Below the pieces are notes generated by a model, which had not been told where the DNA came from, ran no database searches, and was given only the letters and a program-made list of their open reading frames with translations. A stretch of 64,000 nucleotides of DNA from the NCBI RefSeq assembly GCF_009834535.1, contig NC_045696.1:38380001-38444000 (forward strand), read 5' to 3'. Positions 12,508 through 24,971 of the stretch are shown piece after piece. How positions within the stretch are numbered: the stretch's first letter is position 1; each line of letters begins with the position of its first letter. The stretch is from Camelus ferus. Its lineage: Eukaryota. A program made the translations under genes and the position numbers.

Positions 12508-13428
12508 TGTATCAGTCAGAGTCCAGTTAGGAGACAGATACCACACAGTAAGTTGGACAGGAAAAATTTAACATGGAGAATTATTAACTGTAACAGGATT
12601 TGAATAAATAGGGATTGTCTAGAAGGAGGTAATGAGAACTTTAAATAATAAAGGAATAGTTGCTATAAGGAGTAAGCACCAATCCTAGAGCTGAGATAAA
12701 GCTCTTACTTAGTAAGATCTTTCCCCATCCCTGAACCCTCTACCTGCAGAGTCAAGGTCCAGACTGCTGGAGAGAGGACATGGCTGTAAATCAGTCACCA
12801 CATGGCAGAGAAGTAACTGGGATGCTGAGTTGATGGAACTTGCTGAAAGTTTGCCCTCTGTAGCTTGCCATAAATTGGCCCTCTAAAGTGTCAAAGAAAG
12901 CTGTTCACAAACAGATGTGTCACCAGTGGGTACAAAACTGCCTGAGGGTTGGGGGAGGGAAATAACTCCATGGTAGAGTGCATACTTAGCATGCATGAGG
13001 TCCTAGGTTCAATCCCTAGTACCTCCATTAAAAAAAAGAAAAAGAAAAAGAAATGTTGTGAAAGATTGTTTAAAACAAAACAAACAAAAATTTCCTGACG
13101 GTTCGTGGGGGAGTTGCTGGCTGTTCCTGGCCACTGTGCACTGCAGGAGCCATGTGCTACACAAGGAAGCTGCTGGCACTGTAAGAACCTAACGCTGGAA
13201 CAGGTGTTGGACAAGCCACATGCCTGGCAGGAGCAATCCAGACCTTATATCAGAACCAGGAGTGAAAACCCCTTTCTCCTCGAGTGCCCCTCTGTCTCCC
13301 AATACTGAAAAAACTTAACCTCATCATGGCTGGTAAAGAAAAAATACTAAATGACCTAGCTCCATTTTCTCAAAGCTAGCAATAAGGAATAATAGGAAGC
13401 TGAAGGGAATAAATTGATAACTGGCCCA
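12508..13428 (-). mobile_element. ERVL-class solo LTR (LTR50/LTR41-like), interrupted by a SINE
   Basis: Termini TGTATCAGTCAGAGTCCAGTTAGGAGACAGATACCACAC and AATAAATTGATAACTGGCCCA match recalled LTR41/LTR50 ends. Confidence 0.75.
12951..13086 (+). mobile_element. camelid tRNA-Ala(AGC)-derived SINE (vic-1-like)
   Basis: GGGGGAGGG...TGGTAGAGTGCATACTTAGCATGCATGAGGTCCTAGGTTCAATCCCTAGTACCTCCA, then an A-rich tail. B-box GGTTCAATCCC. Candidate TSD AAAACTGCCTGAGGGTT (12934-12950) / AAAATTTCCTGACGGTT (13087-13103), 14/17 identical. Confidence 0.92.
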
Positions 13429-13779
13429 ACAGATTACAGAGTGACAGTGAAGTTATTGTGAATAATATTGGAGAGGGAAACCAAGGTCAGAAGGTTATGG
13501 ACACAAGGACCAAGGGCCTATGGGATACCATGGTATGAACTCCCAAATCTGTGAAAGAATTTTGGCTCTGGATCCAGCTCTATATGAAAATAGCTGTCCA
13601 AGTGCTGACTTTCTACATACACCTTGAGATTCTAGAGAGAAATCCAAGGAAGAAAATTTGTACACTTTGTCATGGAGTTAGCTCTATTTTTCTTTAAATG
13701 TCAATTCATATAAAACCCATAACCTCTTAGAACCGTATGTGGCAGAGTGTGAATATCAGATTTTACCCTGACTTGAGCC

Positions 13780-14085
13780 CAATGTATAAATAAAATGAGC
13801 AGTGATTAAAGGTATCCTTCTGTCCAGCTTTCAGAGAAATTCACCTTCACCCAGCAATCCTAGACAGATTCCTTTCTTGAAAAATGCTCTCAAAGAGCCA
13901 GCTTCCTTTCCTTCTTAGCATCTTAATTTGTAATTATATATTAATACTCAGTATTTGATTAAGCCTATATTGCCCACTAAACTAAGCTTCAAGAGGACAG
14001 AGACTTATTTTTGCTCTCTGAGTACCTTGCACAGTAGCTGGCACATAGTAGGATGTCAACAATAAGTGTTTCTTGAATGAATAGC
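13780..14085 (+). mobile_element. L2 3' end
   Basis: Ends CACAGTAGCTGGCACATAGTAGGATGTCAACAATAAGTGTTTCTTGAATGAATA. Confidence 0.75.
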
Positions 14086-16414
14086 TGAACAAATCATTTT
14101 AGATTTTGCCAAAATTGTCTTGATAGCCCACAGAAGTTTCTATTCTTTTTGGTGCCATTCAGAAATAATGATATCTTCATTAATCTCATTTAAGTGTGGA
14201 ATGCTTCTAATACCAACAAATGATGTTGGCCAAGGTTTTCCTATTTATGTTTTTAAAATTACGTATCAGGTGTTTTTATTTCTCCCTCTCATGCTCAGAG
14301 TTGCTATAATGTCTACTCTTAGGGAAACTCCAGCCCTGCACAGCCCCGCTTCCTCCAGCCACATTTGTTTCACCATGATTGCTGCTTCAGGATTCCTTTT
14401 TTAATTAATGACTGTTCTTTTCCCGGCAAGCAAATAAATAGGAAGCAGAAAGAGCTTGATTAAGTTATCTTTTTTTTTTCATGGTTGTTTACTGCTATAG
14501 CCTATTCAAAATGTATATACTCACAGTTTAGGTAAAGTATATTTGAGTTTGAAAAATTTACTGCCAATCAAAAATATATATACCTGGTATGGAAATTAAT
14601 ACTTTGAGCTGTGACTATCAAAATTCTTTGAACTAATGGGCCTTTCTAGGGAGTGCATTATTCAGAACAGTTTAATATATGCAAACAATGCACAAGGAGA
14701 TTCAGAAAGATATAAAATTATTGTCAGCCTGAACAAAATTTTCCCGATCTTTAAAGGGTTTTATCTATTAATTTTTAAATGCTGAACACAGTTGACATTT
14801 CAAATTGAATTGTTACTGAAATAATCACATCAGATCTCTTGGTTAAATGTTAAAGTAGAACCCGTGAAATATGCATGTTACCTAATCAAGGCAAAGGGAC
14901 TTTCTTCTGAATGAGTGATTTTTATTTAGATAAAATGTTAGATGCCTTCTGTTTAGAAATAAATTATCTCTTAAGAGTAAGATGCACTTACTCTTCAGAG
15001 AAAATTCAAGTGTGTGAAACTCAAGGGGTTTGTGCAGCACTTGTTTCTTATTGTGTGTTCACTGTTTATGAGGCAATAAGTTTAAAAACTTATAAAACTC
15101 AGTTTCTGATGTCAAGACAGTTAGACTCTGATGGCTAATACTGGGGAAATACATTATTTCAAGGCAATGTGTAATATTTCCCAAGGCCAAATTTCTTGAG
15201 GTATATGCTATGTATATCTTTGTTGTCACATTAAATGAGTGTATGTGGTACTTGAGTGAACATTTTGTAATTTATGAACTTTATACTTCTAATAAATGGA
15301 GTCAAGGAGGGAGTACAGCTAGTTTATGTATTTCTCTTGTTAATTCCTTGTAACCTGTTTTTAATCAGGAGTGTTTCTCCATCTACCATGGTCAAAATAC
15401 CTAATTTTTCAGGAACTTCTTTGCCATTTGTTCTGCTGATGCAATCTCCTATATAGAACCTACACAGGAAAAAAAAAAAAAAAAACTTAAGAAAGCATAA
15501 CTTTTACAAAGTAATCAATCCCTAAGGTGCAAACATCTGTAATGGAAATGATGTAGGGATTGCTCAACATGTGAATTAAATGTGCTTTTTAATATATCTG
15601 AATATCAAAAAGTCATTTATACTGTTGACTTCAGTTATAAAACAGACTACTTGTCTTGAGATTTCTAGGTTTTAGGAACCTTAGGAAACAGGAGGGTTTC
15701 ATAAAATATTTCCAGGTGAGTCCTACGGAAGACATACCAGTGTTCCAAATGGGATGGATTTCTGTTGATAAGGGACAAGAGAAGGAGATATGTTTATCTT
15801 ATCAAAACAGAAGTCTGTGGCTATTACCTTCCCCTACATTTTGCAGTAAGCTGCCTCACTGAGGCCTTCTCAGCACATCAAATATCTAGTCAGCTATTTA
15901 GGAACTGTAGAGATTTCAGGATATAGTCTAATTACAAGTATGTGTTTTCATTTTTTGTTTTAATGAAACTAATTCAGAAATCAAGTTTTTACACGTCTAA
16001 GCTCCAAATGTTTCCCAAAGTATATCCAAATCAGTGCAGTAGCAGGCAAGACTCATCTAGGTATTAAAAAGAAAGGAATCCTCACCAGATAATGCAAATT
16101 GATCCAAAAGAGCAGACAGAATAAGAAACAGACACCTGGTTTGACAATTTAATAGGCCAAGAGGGAAAATTTGCTTTTTTTTTTGTACCGGGATCTTTCA
16201 GAATAGTATTTAAGCCTGTACAGTTTTCCAGATCAAAAGCTTTTTTCCTCTTCATAGTACATCTTCCATTTTGGAATTCTTTTTCTTTTTTCCTCACATA
16301 CTTTGAGTAAATAATGGTAAATTTCAAAAGTGTTTATTGTTTACTTTATGCTAACTACCAATTTTCATCCTACTTAAAACATCTAAGTAGCTTACTTTAT
16401 ATCATAAATTTATA

Positions 16415-17450
16415 TCATATAATCCCTTGAATATTAGATTTGTTCAAATGTTTATTCAGTGTTTGCCATGTACTAGGTAATATTGTGTTCCATCAGAAAT
16501 ACAGTTATGACTAAACATAATTCATGATCTAAGGAGCTTCAAATTCAGGAGGGAGAAACCTATGTTTTCCATCTTACACATTTTAATTTTAAAATGAAAG
16601 ATACAAAGATTATAATTAATAAGTGAAAGCTGGACAGTTGGATCTTATGCTAAAAAAGGGAAGTCTGTAAACAAATGTTAAAGTCACTAAGATCTAGGTA
16701 ATTGTTGAAGAAATGATGAAGACTGAAATTACCCAGGAAATATATACAGAAGAGAAGAAATGGTGGTAGAGAAAAGAAAGACAAAGAATGTAAGAAACAC
16801 AACCAAGTGGCATAATCAAGTCAAGGATAGTGTGTAGTAGGACAGTACAAGGGCAGAGACTTTCCAGAAGCTGGGACAATTGACATTCTCAATTGTTGCT
16901 GAGAGATAAAGTACACTGAGGCTTGAGAATAAGCCATTGACAACTTAGGCCAATTAAATTAATCTTTGAGACAACCCTTTCTATAGGGAAGGGAATGAGT
17001 TGTGGGAGTTGAGAAGGCTGATTTCTGAAATGTGCCGAGAGAGATAAGTGGCACTGGCTCAATAAGGAGTCATGGATAAAAGAAAATTTATTTAATGGTG
17101 GAAAAACTGTACTTAAGTATCTTTATGTGTGATGGAAAGAGCCATGGAAAAAGAGAATTTAAAACCCTAAATGAAAAGGACAGAACAAGCTGCAGGAGAG
17201 GGTTAAAAGAAGATCTGGAGTATAAGCAGAGGTGTTCAGTGTGAAAGGAAGTTAAAGCATCTCTTCCTCTGAAGCAGGAGGAAGCTTCAAAGGTATGTTT
17301 TGGATAACTATGGAGGTGAAGGGAGGGAAACTAAGAGAGGTCTGTGACATGCCCGCCAGTAGGGCGATGATAATAAAGGCTTACAGAAAGAAGCTCAAGG
17401 TTTGAAATAGAGCTGTGAGAATAGAATAGTCAGTGAGCTACAGATGAATA
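16415..17450 (-). mobile_element. L2 remnants
   Basis: TTCAAATGTTTATTCAGTGTTTGCCATGTACTAGG (antisense 3' end) followed by a purine-rich antisense L2 body. Confidence 0.6.
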
Positions 17451-17577
17451 AAAAATGCCTTTTCCAGAAGCACCTTTACCAGAAGGGCTTAGATGTATGC
17501 ATTCCCATTATTAATAGCTTGCAAGTAAAAAGAAATAGTACTCCCTGCCTGAAAATAAAGAAATCAGTTTTCAGGAG

Positions 17578-17677
17578 GGTATATATGTGTTTGTATATCT
17601 ATATGCATACATTGCTCATACTGAATATATGTGTGCATATATGTGCACATACACAAACATACATGTATGTGTGTGTT
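17578..17677. repeat. low-complexity alternating purine/pyrimidine (TA/TG/CA) tract
   Basis: GTATATATGTGT...ATATATGTGTGCATATATGTGCACATACACAAACATACATGTATGTGTGTG read directly. Confidence 0.7.
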
Positions 17678-18169
17678 GAGTGAGAGGAAGATACTCTTTA
17701 CTGAAACTCTAAGGAAGGTATTTCCATATAATGATTTAAGTATCACTAAAAGAAAAAGTGAGAGCTTTTCTAAAGTTAGGAGAATTCTAGAAACTTTGCC
17801 ACCTACTTTAGGAAAGGAGATCTAACTATTTATTAGGAAGTAATCCACTTAAGGATTTCCCCAAATAGTATTTATTTGGGAGTCTAATGATGTAGCACAT
17901 AACAGCTGTAAAGTGTTTCTGCCAAAGTAAACATCTGTTTTGAATAAAATATAATATTACATCAAAAATAGGTTTAAAATATGTTTTAAATTACTCATTC
18001 TTAAAGTTTGAACATTTAAAAATAGTTACTAATAGGATGTACTTCATGGTTATTAAGAATAATTCAACATGTAATTAATAGGAAAAAATAGAGAAAAAAG
18101 GTGCATACTAATAATATTTTTTCTCTGTGTAATGATAACAACAGTGTTTCTAAGAAGTATGGCCTCTGT

Positions 18170-18527
18170 TTCTCCCACCTCCCTAGCTCTTTCAGACCAC
18201 GTGGTCTTGCTCTTGCTCATCCTTTTACTGGGATGCCCTGCCATGGATGTGGCATGACTGCCTCTCATTCTTCTTGACTTAGACCACATGTCAGAAAAAC
18301 CTTCCTTGGCTGTATGATCTAAAAGAACTTCCCTCCCACCCCCACTACCCAAATTACTCTATGGTATCTTTTTTTGAGTTCCTTGAAAACTGAGATTATG
18401 TTTATCATCCATTTGCTTATTTGTTTATTCCATCTATCCTTTGACTACTATGTAAGTCTGTGAGGGCATATACTGAGTGCCTGGAAAATAGTCACCACTA
18501 AATAAATATTGCTTAAATATGAATGAG
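18170..18527 (+). mobile_element. L2 3' region
   Basis: Pyrimidine-rich body, GACTACTATGTAAGTCTGTGAGGGCA, and terminus AGTGCCTGGAAAATAGTCACCACTAAATAAATATTGCTTAAATATGAATGA. Confidence 0.75.
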
Positions 18528-19624
18528 CAAAATTAAACAACATATGTATTCTGTATTTTATAATTGGCAGTGTTTTGGGCTAAATAGATACATAACATGC
18601 AGCATTTTCCTAAAACGAGGCTGTTATGTCAGGACTTGGAGTTGGGGGAATTGGAGATGGAAGGCCATGGGGCCTACGAATAGCACTCCCATTCTCTGAA
18701 CCAGAGGAGGTCAACCTTGACTTCTTGATATACTGGTTTCTCTTACTACTAGTAAATTACTGAGGTCAACAAATAATTTTCTTATAAAATATTATAGACC
18801 TAACAACATCATATCTCTGATATATTCACACATATTCCCATGTGGGAGAATAAGAACCATTATAAATAATCGGTATAGTATCAGTGACTATTTCTCAGGA
18901 AATATTAACATGGTGATAAGTTTGAATTACTGTAGTGTTTTTACTCTAACATTATTTGGCATTTTGAAAATGGTTTTAAATATCCATAGGAATGTTTTAT
19001 GCATGCTAGGATCATCTTGCATGTGTGTCAAAGTAGAGAATAGTTTGAAAGCTAATGCTCAAAGTTAACTTTGTAGGAAAACAGGTCTTCTGGGTAGGCT
19101 GAATAACCTAAGCTACAGTTTCATCCAGGGGAGAGAAAGTGATCACTGTGTCTTTGTGTCCACGGTGCCTTATTAGTGCCTGATACATTGACTATGACCT
19201 CAACATTGCCTGTCAAATAATAGATTAATTAATGAAATAGATAAATGGTATGGTTTAACTGGCTTACCAAGGAAACCTATGACATGTTTGCCATTAATTG
19301 ATAGAACTTTTATATTCTAGAACTTTAAGGGTAATTATGGTGATTATTTTCCCCATAATTAATTTGGACATCTCCCACTAGGAAAAAGGAATTAGATCCG
19401 CTTTTTGTCAGTGATTCTAACAAGGTGGGGAGACTTTCCTAAGTGGATATTGTGGTTTATAATACCCTAGGCCATTCTTTTGAAACTTCATGTATACACC
19501 TCTATTCCTTCTTCAGTTTGCTACTCTTTTTACTCCTGACCATTTTGTACTCCTATGATAAAAATAATTGAAGTAAGCAGTGTTGTTTATAGGAGACTGT
19601 CTTTTTTCTCCAGCATTTAGGAAC

Positions 19625-20038
19625 GGTTATGGGTTTAGTTGGATCCCCTAAAAAGATGGTAGAGTCCTAATTCCCAGTACCTGTGAAGGTGACCTTATTT
19701 AGAAACAGAGTCTTTGCAGATTATCAAGTTAAGATGAGATCATTAGGGTGAGCCCAAATCCAGTATGACTTGTATCTTTATACAAAAAGGATTTGGACGC
19801 AGAAGCAGTCACTCACAAGGGAAGATGATGTGAAGACACAAGAATAACACCCTTTATAAGCCAAGGAACTAGGAGGGAGTCATGGAAGTTTCTCCCTCAC
19901 AGCCCTTAGAAGGAACCAATCTTGAAGACACTTAGATTCAGGAATCCTAGTCTCCAGAACTATGAGATAAGACATTTTTGTTGTTTAAACTATCCAGTTT
20001 GTGATACTTTGTTATGGCAGCCCTAGAAAGCTAACAAA
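19625..20038 (+). mobile_element. MaLR solo LTR, MLT1B-like
   Basis: CCCAGTACCTGTGAAGGTGACCTTATTTAGAAACAGAGTCTTTGCAGAT, CTCCAGAACTATGAGATAA and TACTTTGTTATGGCAGCCCTAGAAAGCTAA. Flanks GGAAC/GGGAC (4/5 TSD). Confidence 0.92.
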
Positions 20039-21110
20039 GGGACAGAAACTAATTGAGAATCACAGGTTAGATGATGATAACTAATTGACATAACTTGAAA
20101 ATATTCAGTTAGTTATGAGGGCTTTAAATAGAAAACTATATATTAATGTAAGTAATTTACAAATTTTATTTTTATATAAATTAATGTAGATAATGTTGAT
20201 AATAATTCCGGGAAATATAATTTGCTCACTGTCAGTGGCAACTTGTGGCCTGAAAGTCAACTGTTATCAAAGACTTATTAATTTAAGAGTATTAAGGTTT
20301 TCCCCCTTGGGCACAGTACCAGTCAGCACTTAAATTAACCATGAAGTTCTTCTTAGGTGCAGGAGCCTACTATGACTGTGTGTTTTGCTCATAGCATGTG
20401 AGTCTTCTACTCCAGGCTTCAGATTAACTTTGACATCAAAAATGCTATAACTGCTTGCAGCATAGTAGAGCAAAGTGTCCTCTTGTATCTATCCTATCTT
20501 CTGTTATGTTTTTTATGAGGAGAGGATTCTTTCTCTTTGACATATGACACTCCACACCACATATGATTCAAAATAAGAAACTATGGATGTATACTGTTAA
20601 ATCTGTAAATTGAGATTACCTCCTCCCCCAATCAGAACAGAGAATCCTTGGCAGCAAATTGTATATATTTCATCAAACTCAGTCCATATTTCTTTTTCTC
20701 TATTCCATGTTTCTTTTTGATCAATACCATATGGAATGAAGAGAATTTCTATATTAAAGTAATGATATATAAGCTCCCCTCTAATCTTCTTTTGAATATT
20801 GCCTGTTTTTTGGGGGAGGGGGGCAGGGGGATCAGAACATTTAAAATGACTGTTAGCAAAAGAGATTTAAGGAAATAATACACAATTATTTCCTCAAATC
20901 AAGACTAACTCAGACATCTCTTTCACTCAATCTGGAATTTCTGACTGTTAGAATGATTTCTTCACTTGAAGATAAGTTCTGCTTGAGAGAGATCCAAGAA
21001 GTGGTGATATCATGAAGGAGAAAAATTAACTAATCAGTCCTATTATTCAGTTTCCTAGTTTCACTATATTTCTAGATCACCAACTGGGAATAAATACAGT
21101 ATAAGGCAAG

Positions 21111-21475
21111 TGCTATGGCCTGAATAGTTGTGTCTCCTCAAAATTCATATTTTGAAGCCCTAATTCCCAAAATGATAGCACTTGGAGGTGGATCCTTTGG
21201 AAAGTAATTAGGTATTGAGGGTGGAGCCCTCGTGAACAGAATTAGTGCCCTTATAAGAAGAGATAGGAGAGAGATGATGTCTCTCTCCATTTTGTGAGGC
21301 TACAGCAAGAAGGAGGCTGTCTATAAACCAGGAAGAGGGCCCTCACCAAGAACCCAGTCATGCTGGCACCTTGATTGCAGATTTTCAACCTCCAGAACTG
21401 TGAAAAATAATCATTAGTTGTTTAAGTCACCCAGTCTGTGGTATTCTGTTATAGCAGCCCAAACTGACTAAGACA
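21111..21475 (+). mobile_element. MaLR solo LTR, MLT1A0-like, with intact TG...CA ends and a perfect 5-bp TSD
   Basis: TGCTATGGCCTGAAT...AGCAGCCCAAACTGACTAAGACA. GCAAG at 21106-21110 and at 21476-21480. Confidence 0.95.
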
Positions 21476-21707
21476 GCAAGGGAACCAGACAATACCCTCT
21501 TCTTATTTCTGAAAAGAAACTTCAGGTTTTACTTTAAGAAAGGTGATACTTTATTTTGACTATACAAGGGAAGCTGTGTCTAATACCTGTCTGTTAATAT
21601 CTTGGGAATCGGTTAAGCTTTTTAAAAGCGAATTTTAAAACAATATTAGTAATATGTCCTCTTCATAAAACAATATCCAGACAATTTGTAAGAGTTTATG
21701 GTAAAAT

Positions 21708-23941
21708 AGTTTATGCCCTATTTCAGTAGACTCACTCATCCTACGTTAATATCTCTGTTGTAAGTGTGTGTATGAAAGATTATTGCTATTGATAATCCAC
21801 TTATGGGTAAGCTTATGACTTGCCTCCCCCTTTGTTAGAAGTGTAAATTGTTATTTTAAAGGAAAATGTATGCCAGATTCAAAAAGAAAAATCAGTATCT
21901 CACTATTTGGTTAATTTACATTTATTTGAGTCCTAGCAAAATTGTGTAGTTTTCAAAATGTTTATTGGTCATTTATATTTTTCTTTTATGAAGATCTGTT
22001 CATACCCTTTATTCATCTGCCTATTACTGATTAAAGTTTTTAATCAGTTATTTTTTATTTGAATAATAAATTTAGTAGAGTCACAAAATTTATATTAATT
22101 AAAGAAGAAGAAAATCCCAAAACTTTCATTTCTTATACCTGTAAGGAAACAGGGATAAATATGATTATAGGGATCAACAAAAACGGTAAACAATAAAGCA
22201 GAGTTGCAAACTTTGAGAAATTATTGTTTACATTTCAAAAGTCACAACATCATTCTCTGAGCTCTGGTTATCTAAAATGTCTTCCCAGTTCAAACAAAAC
22301 TTCCAAGTACTGTTTAATAATTGGCAACAGAACAGGATTATACATTCTTATGCAGGTCTCCATAGTAGACTGAGGAGTACAGTTGATACTTTTGGGAATG
22401 TTCTCAATATACCATGTTATCAGAATGCATTTTAAGATGTAGAATGATGTCTGCTTTTCTGCACCTATAGTGGAGGAAAGGAATTTTATTTCTTAATTTT
22501 TTGGTATTTCTTTCTTGATGAATTAGGACAGTCTGCAGCTTCAAGGCAAAACATGGGAATTACATTAGTTAGTAAAGAGAGGGGGAAATGAAACCAATTT
22601 TGAGAAGCTTAAATTATACAGAATCAAAAGAGCAGAAGAGAATTTTAACAGATGAGGTATGACACATATATTTTACATAATTTTTTTACCAGTATGAATT
22701 TCTGTTCACTTAAAAATAAAGATAATTTTTATATTGATATGTGATTAGCAGAACTGGGTAATTAGATGTCACATCTCCCAAATATTTTTCTTTCTAATTT
22801 TCCATTTAAACGTTGACATTTGTGGGTCATATTTTTACTACTGCAATAATTTAAATATTATGGGACTTCTAGGTTTTGTGCCTCACTTTTAAAGGCAATA
22901 ATGATATGTTTAACTTTTAGAGAATCTATAGCACTATAACATATTTTTCTTCTCCTGAGTGAAGGCAAAAGATTTTTTCAGTTTTATATTTATTGTTATG
23001 AAAAACACATTTTACATGACACCATGTGTAGTGGATAGAGATTATATTTCTCTCCTTTTGTGACAGTGAGTAAATTAATTAATATACCAGTGCTCACTAT
23101 GTGCCATATTTTAAAGATAATACAGTCTTCAGTGTATATCCATGTTAACAGTCTGTATGTGTGTGCAGAGAGAGGGGGCAAATCAATGGCAGAATATGGA
23201 AGCCTTTTCATATACTTTTGTGCTCTTTGTAATGAGTCTATTTTCCAAATCAACTGACCTCAGAAAGATGTAGTTTTCCTCATCTACAGCCAGAGAATGC
23301 TCCAAAATTGTTTTCATCACTATTTATACAAAAGACATCAGAAAAATAATACTTAAAGAGGGTGTATAGTGAACTTCGGATTGTTTACAAATGTAGAATA
23401 GTAATAAGAATAGAAATTACTAGATCTGTAGAAACATAGCTGATGACGTCTGGGCATTTCACAAATGGAACTAAAAAAAACCCAACTTACACTGAGAAAT
23501 GAACATTCTCCTAAACTGTCAATTTAAGAATATATAGTATGCTTTTATATAAAGTGTACATGTGTATATATTTATTAATTTGACCATTTGTGACAAAAAT
23601 GCATAGACCTATGCATTATATACTTTCATAGTTATATTTATACTGTAAGCTGAGAAACAGACTTTCAAAAATAATGACCTGCTCTTTTTTAAAAACTGGA
23701 GGAATTTTGCTATAGTTTTGTGTCTACTATTTTTATTTAAAGTGGAGGTGTTTTGCTGTAGTTTTGTTTTCCTCAATAAGATGCCACTATTGTATTTAGA
23801 AAGAAAACATTTTTGATAAATTGGCACACGAGTGAAAACATAAGAAGCAGAATTTTCAAAATACTCTTGGTCTAATCAGTAGTTTAACAGAGATACTAAT
23901 TAATATAGGATGAGTGAGTCTACTGAAGTGAGGCACAAACT
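21708..23941. repeat. long-range inverted repeat pair (arms 21708-21759 and 23886-23941)
   Basis: Arms match at 46/52 nt with one 4-nt indel. Perfect 22-nt core TTCAGTAGACTCACTCATCCTA (21722-21743) is the reverse complement of 23906-23927. Confidence 0.95.
21880..22050 (-). mobile_element. old L1 (L1ME-like) ORF2 fragment
   Basis: GTATCTCACTATTTGGTTAATTTACATTTATTTG...GTTTATTGGTCATTTATATTTTTCTTTTATGAAG-TCTGTTCATACCCTTT is antisense L1. Confidence 0.7.
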
Positions 23942-24074
23942 GATAAAATTTTAAAAATATCTCCCAGAAATTATAAGAACAACTAAAAACAAATTATAAC
24001 TTTAAAGATGAAGTGTTAAAGATTTTAAAATGCAAACAGCTTTTATAAATTACTTTAAAAATAGTACCGTCCCG

Positions 24075-24780
24075 ACTGAAAATCAAAGGACAAAAACAGA
24101 CAATTCCAACAAACATTAAAAGAAAAGCTAATAGGTATAATAAAAATGTTCAAACTCACTATAATCAAACATAAATTTGTGAGATAACTATTTCTCCCTA
24201 TCAACTAATGCATATTTTTTAAATGCTTATTTTTTTCTTTTTTTGGCCAGGGTCAGTTGAAACTGACACACTTGTATACTTCTGATGTGAATATAAATAA
24301 CTATTTCAGGACAATATAGTCCTGTCCTTTGCCAGTGTAGCAAGAAACTTTCAATAGTTCATACACTTTGACCATCTGATTCCACTTCTATTCTAAGAAT
24401 ATGCACAGATATAGACTAGAACTTATGTTTACTATAGTATTATTTTAAAAGAAAAAAATCTAGATGTCCAAATGTAAGAGATTGTTTATTGACATAATGG
24501 TAGTGAAATATGCACGCATCCATTAAAATTATGTTTTACAATTAATGATAGGAGAAAATGCTAACTACATCTTGATAAAAGAAAAATTTAGGAAACAAAA
24601 TTTATATATCAACCTAGAACAATAGTTAAACATTTGCATCAAAAATTCTGAAAGAAAATTTATCAGATTATTAGATATTTATCTTTGTGTATTGGGATAT
24701 CATGTGATTTATTTCACAATGTATACATTTCCAATTTTCAAAAATGAACATATAATTTTTAATATTTTAAAAATGTAAAA
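24075..24780 (+). mobile_element. old L1 (L1ME-like) 3' region
   Basis: AAAAATGTTCAAACTCACTATAATCAAA, CACTTTGACCATCTGATTCCACTTCTA and an A-rich L1ME-type 3'UTR. Confidence 0.7.
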
Positions 24781-24971
24781 ACACTATTACAAAACATTTA
24801 TGAATTAGATATGGGATTTATACATGTAGAAAACAGACAAATGTGGAAATAGCCTAAGTTATTTATTTCATTTGATTTTTAATGTCATTTATTTTATATA
24901 TAGTACTTTTTCATGAATATTGAGTATTAAAATAAAAAGATTCACTAAATGTAATTTACTTTTTACCATTT

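Noticed and set aside
12951..13027. Functional tRNA-Ala gene (also 42516-42591)
   Set aside because: The A-box and stems are degenerate, and an A-rich tail (plus a TSD for the first copy) follows. These are SINE copies, not tRNA genes.
15469..15485. Isolated A17 run as a retrocopy tail
   Set aside because: No recognisable upstream SINE, LINE or mRNA body, and no TSD.
19625..21475. Two MaLR LTRs as the ends of one provirus
   Set aside because: They belong to different subfamilies, each has its own TSD, and no internal MaLR sequence is recognisable between them.
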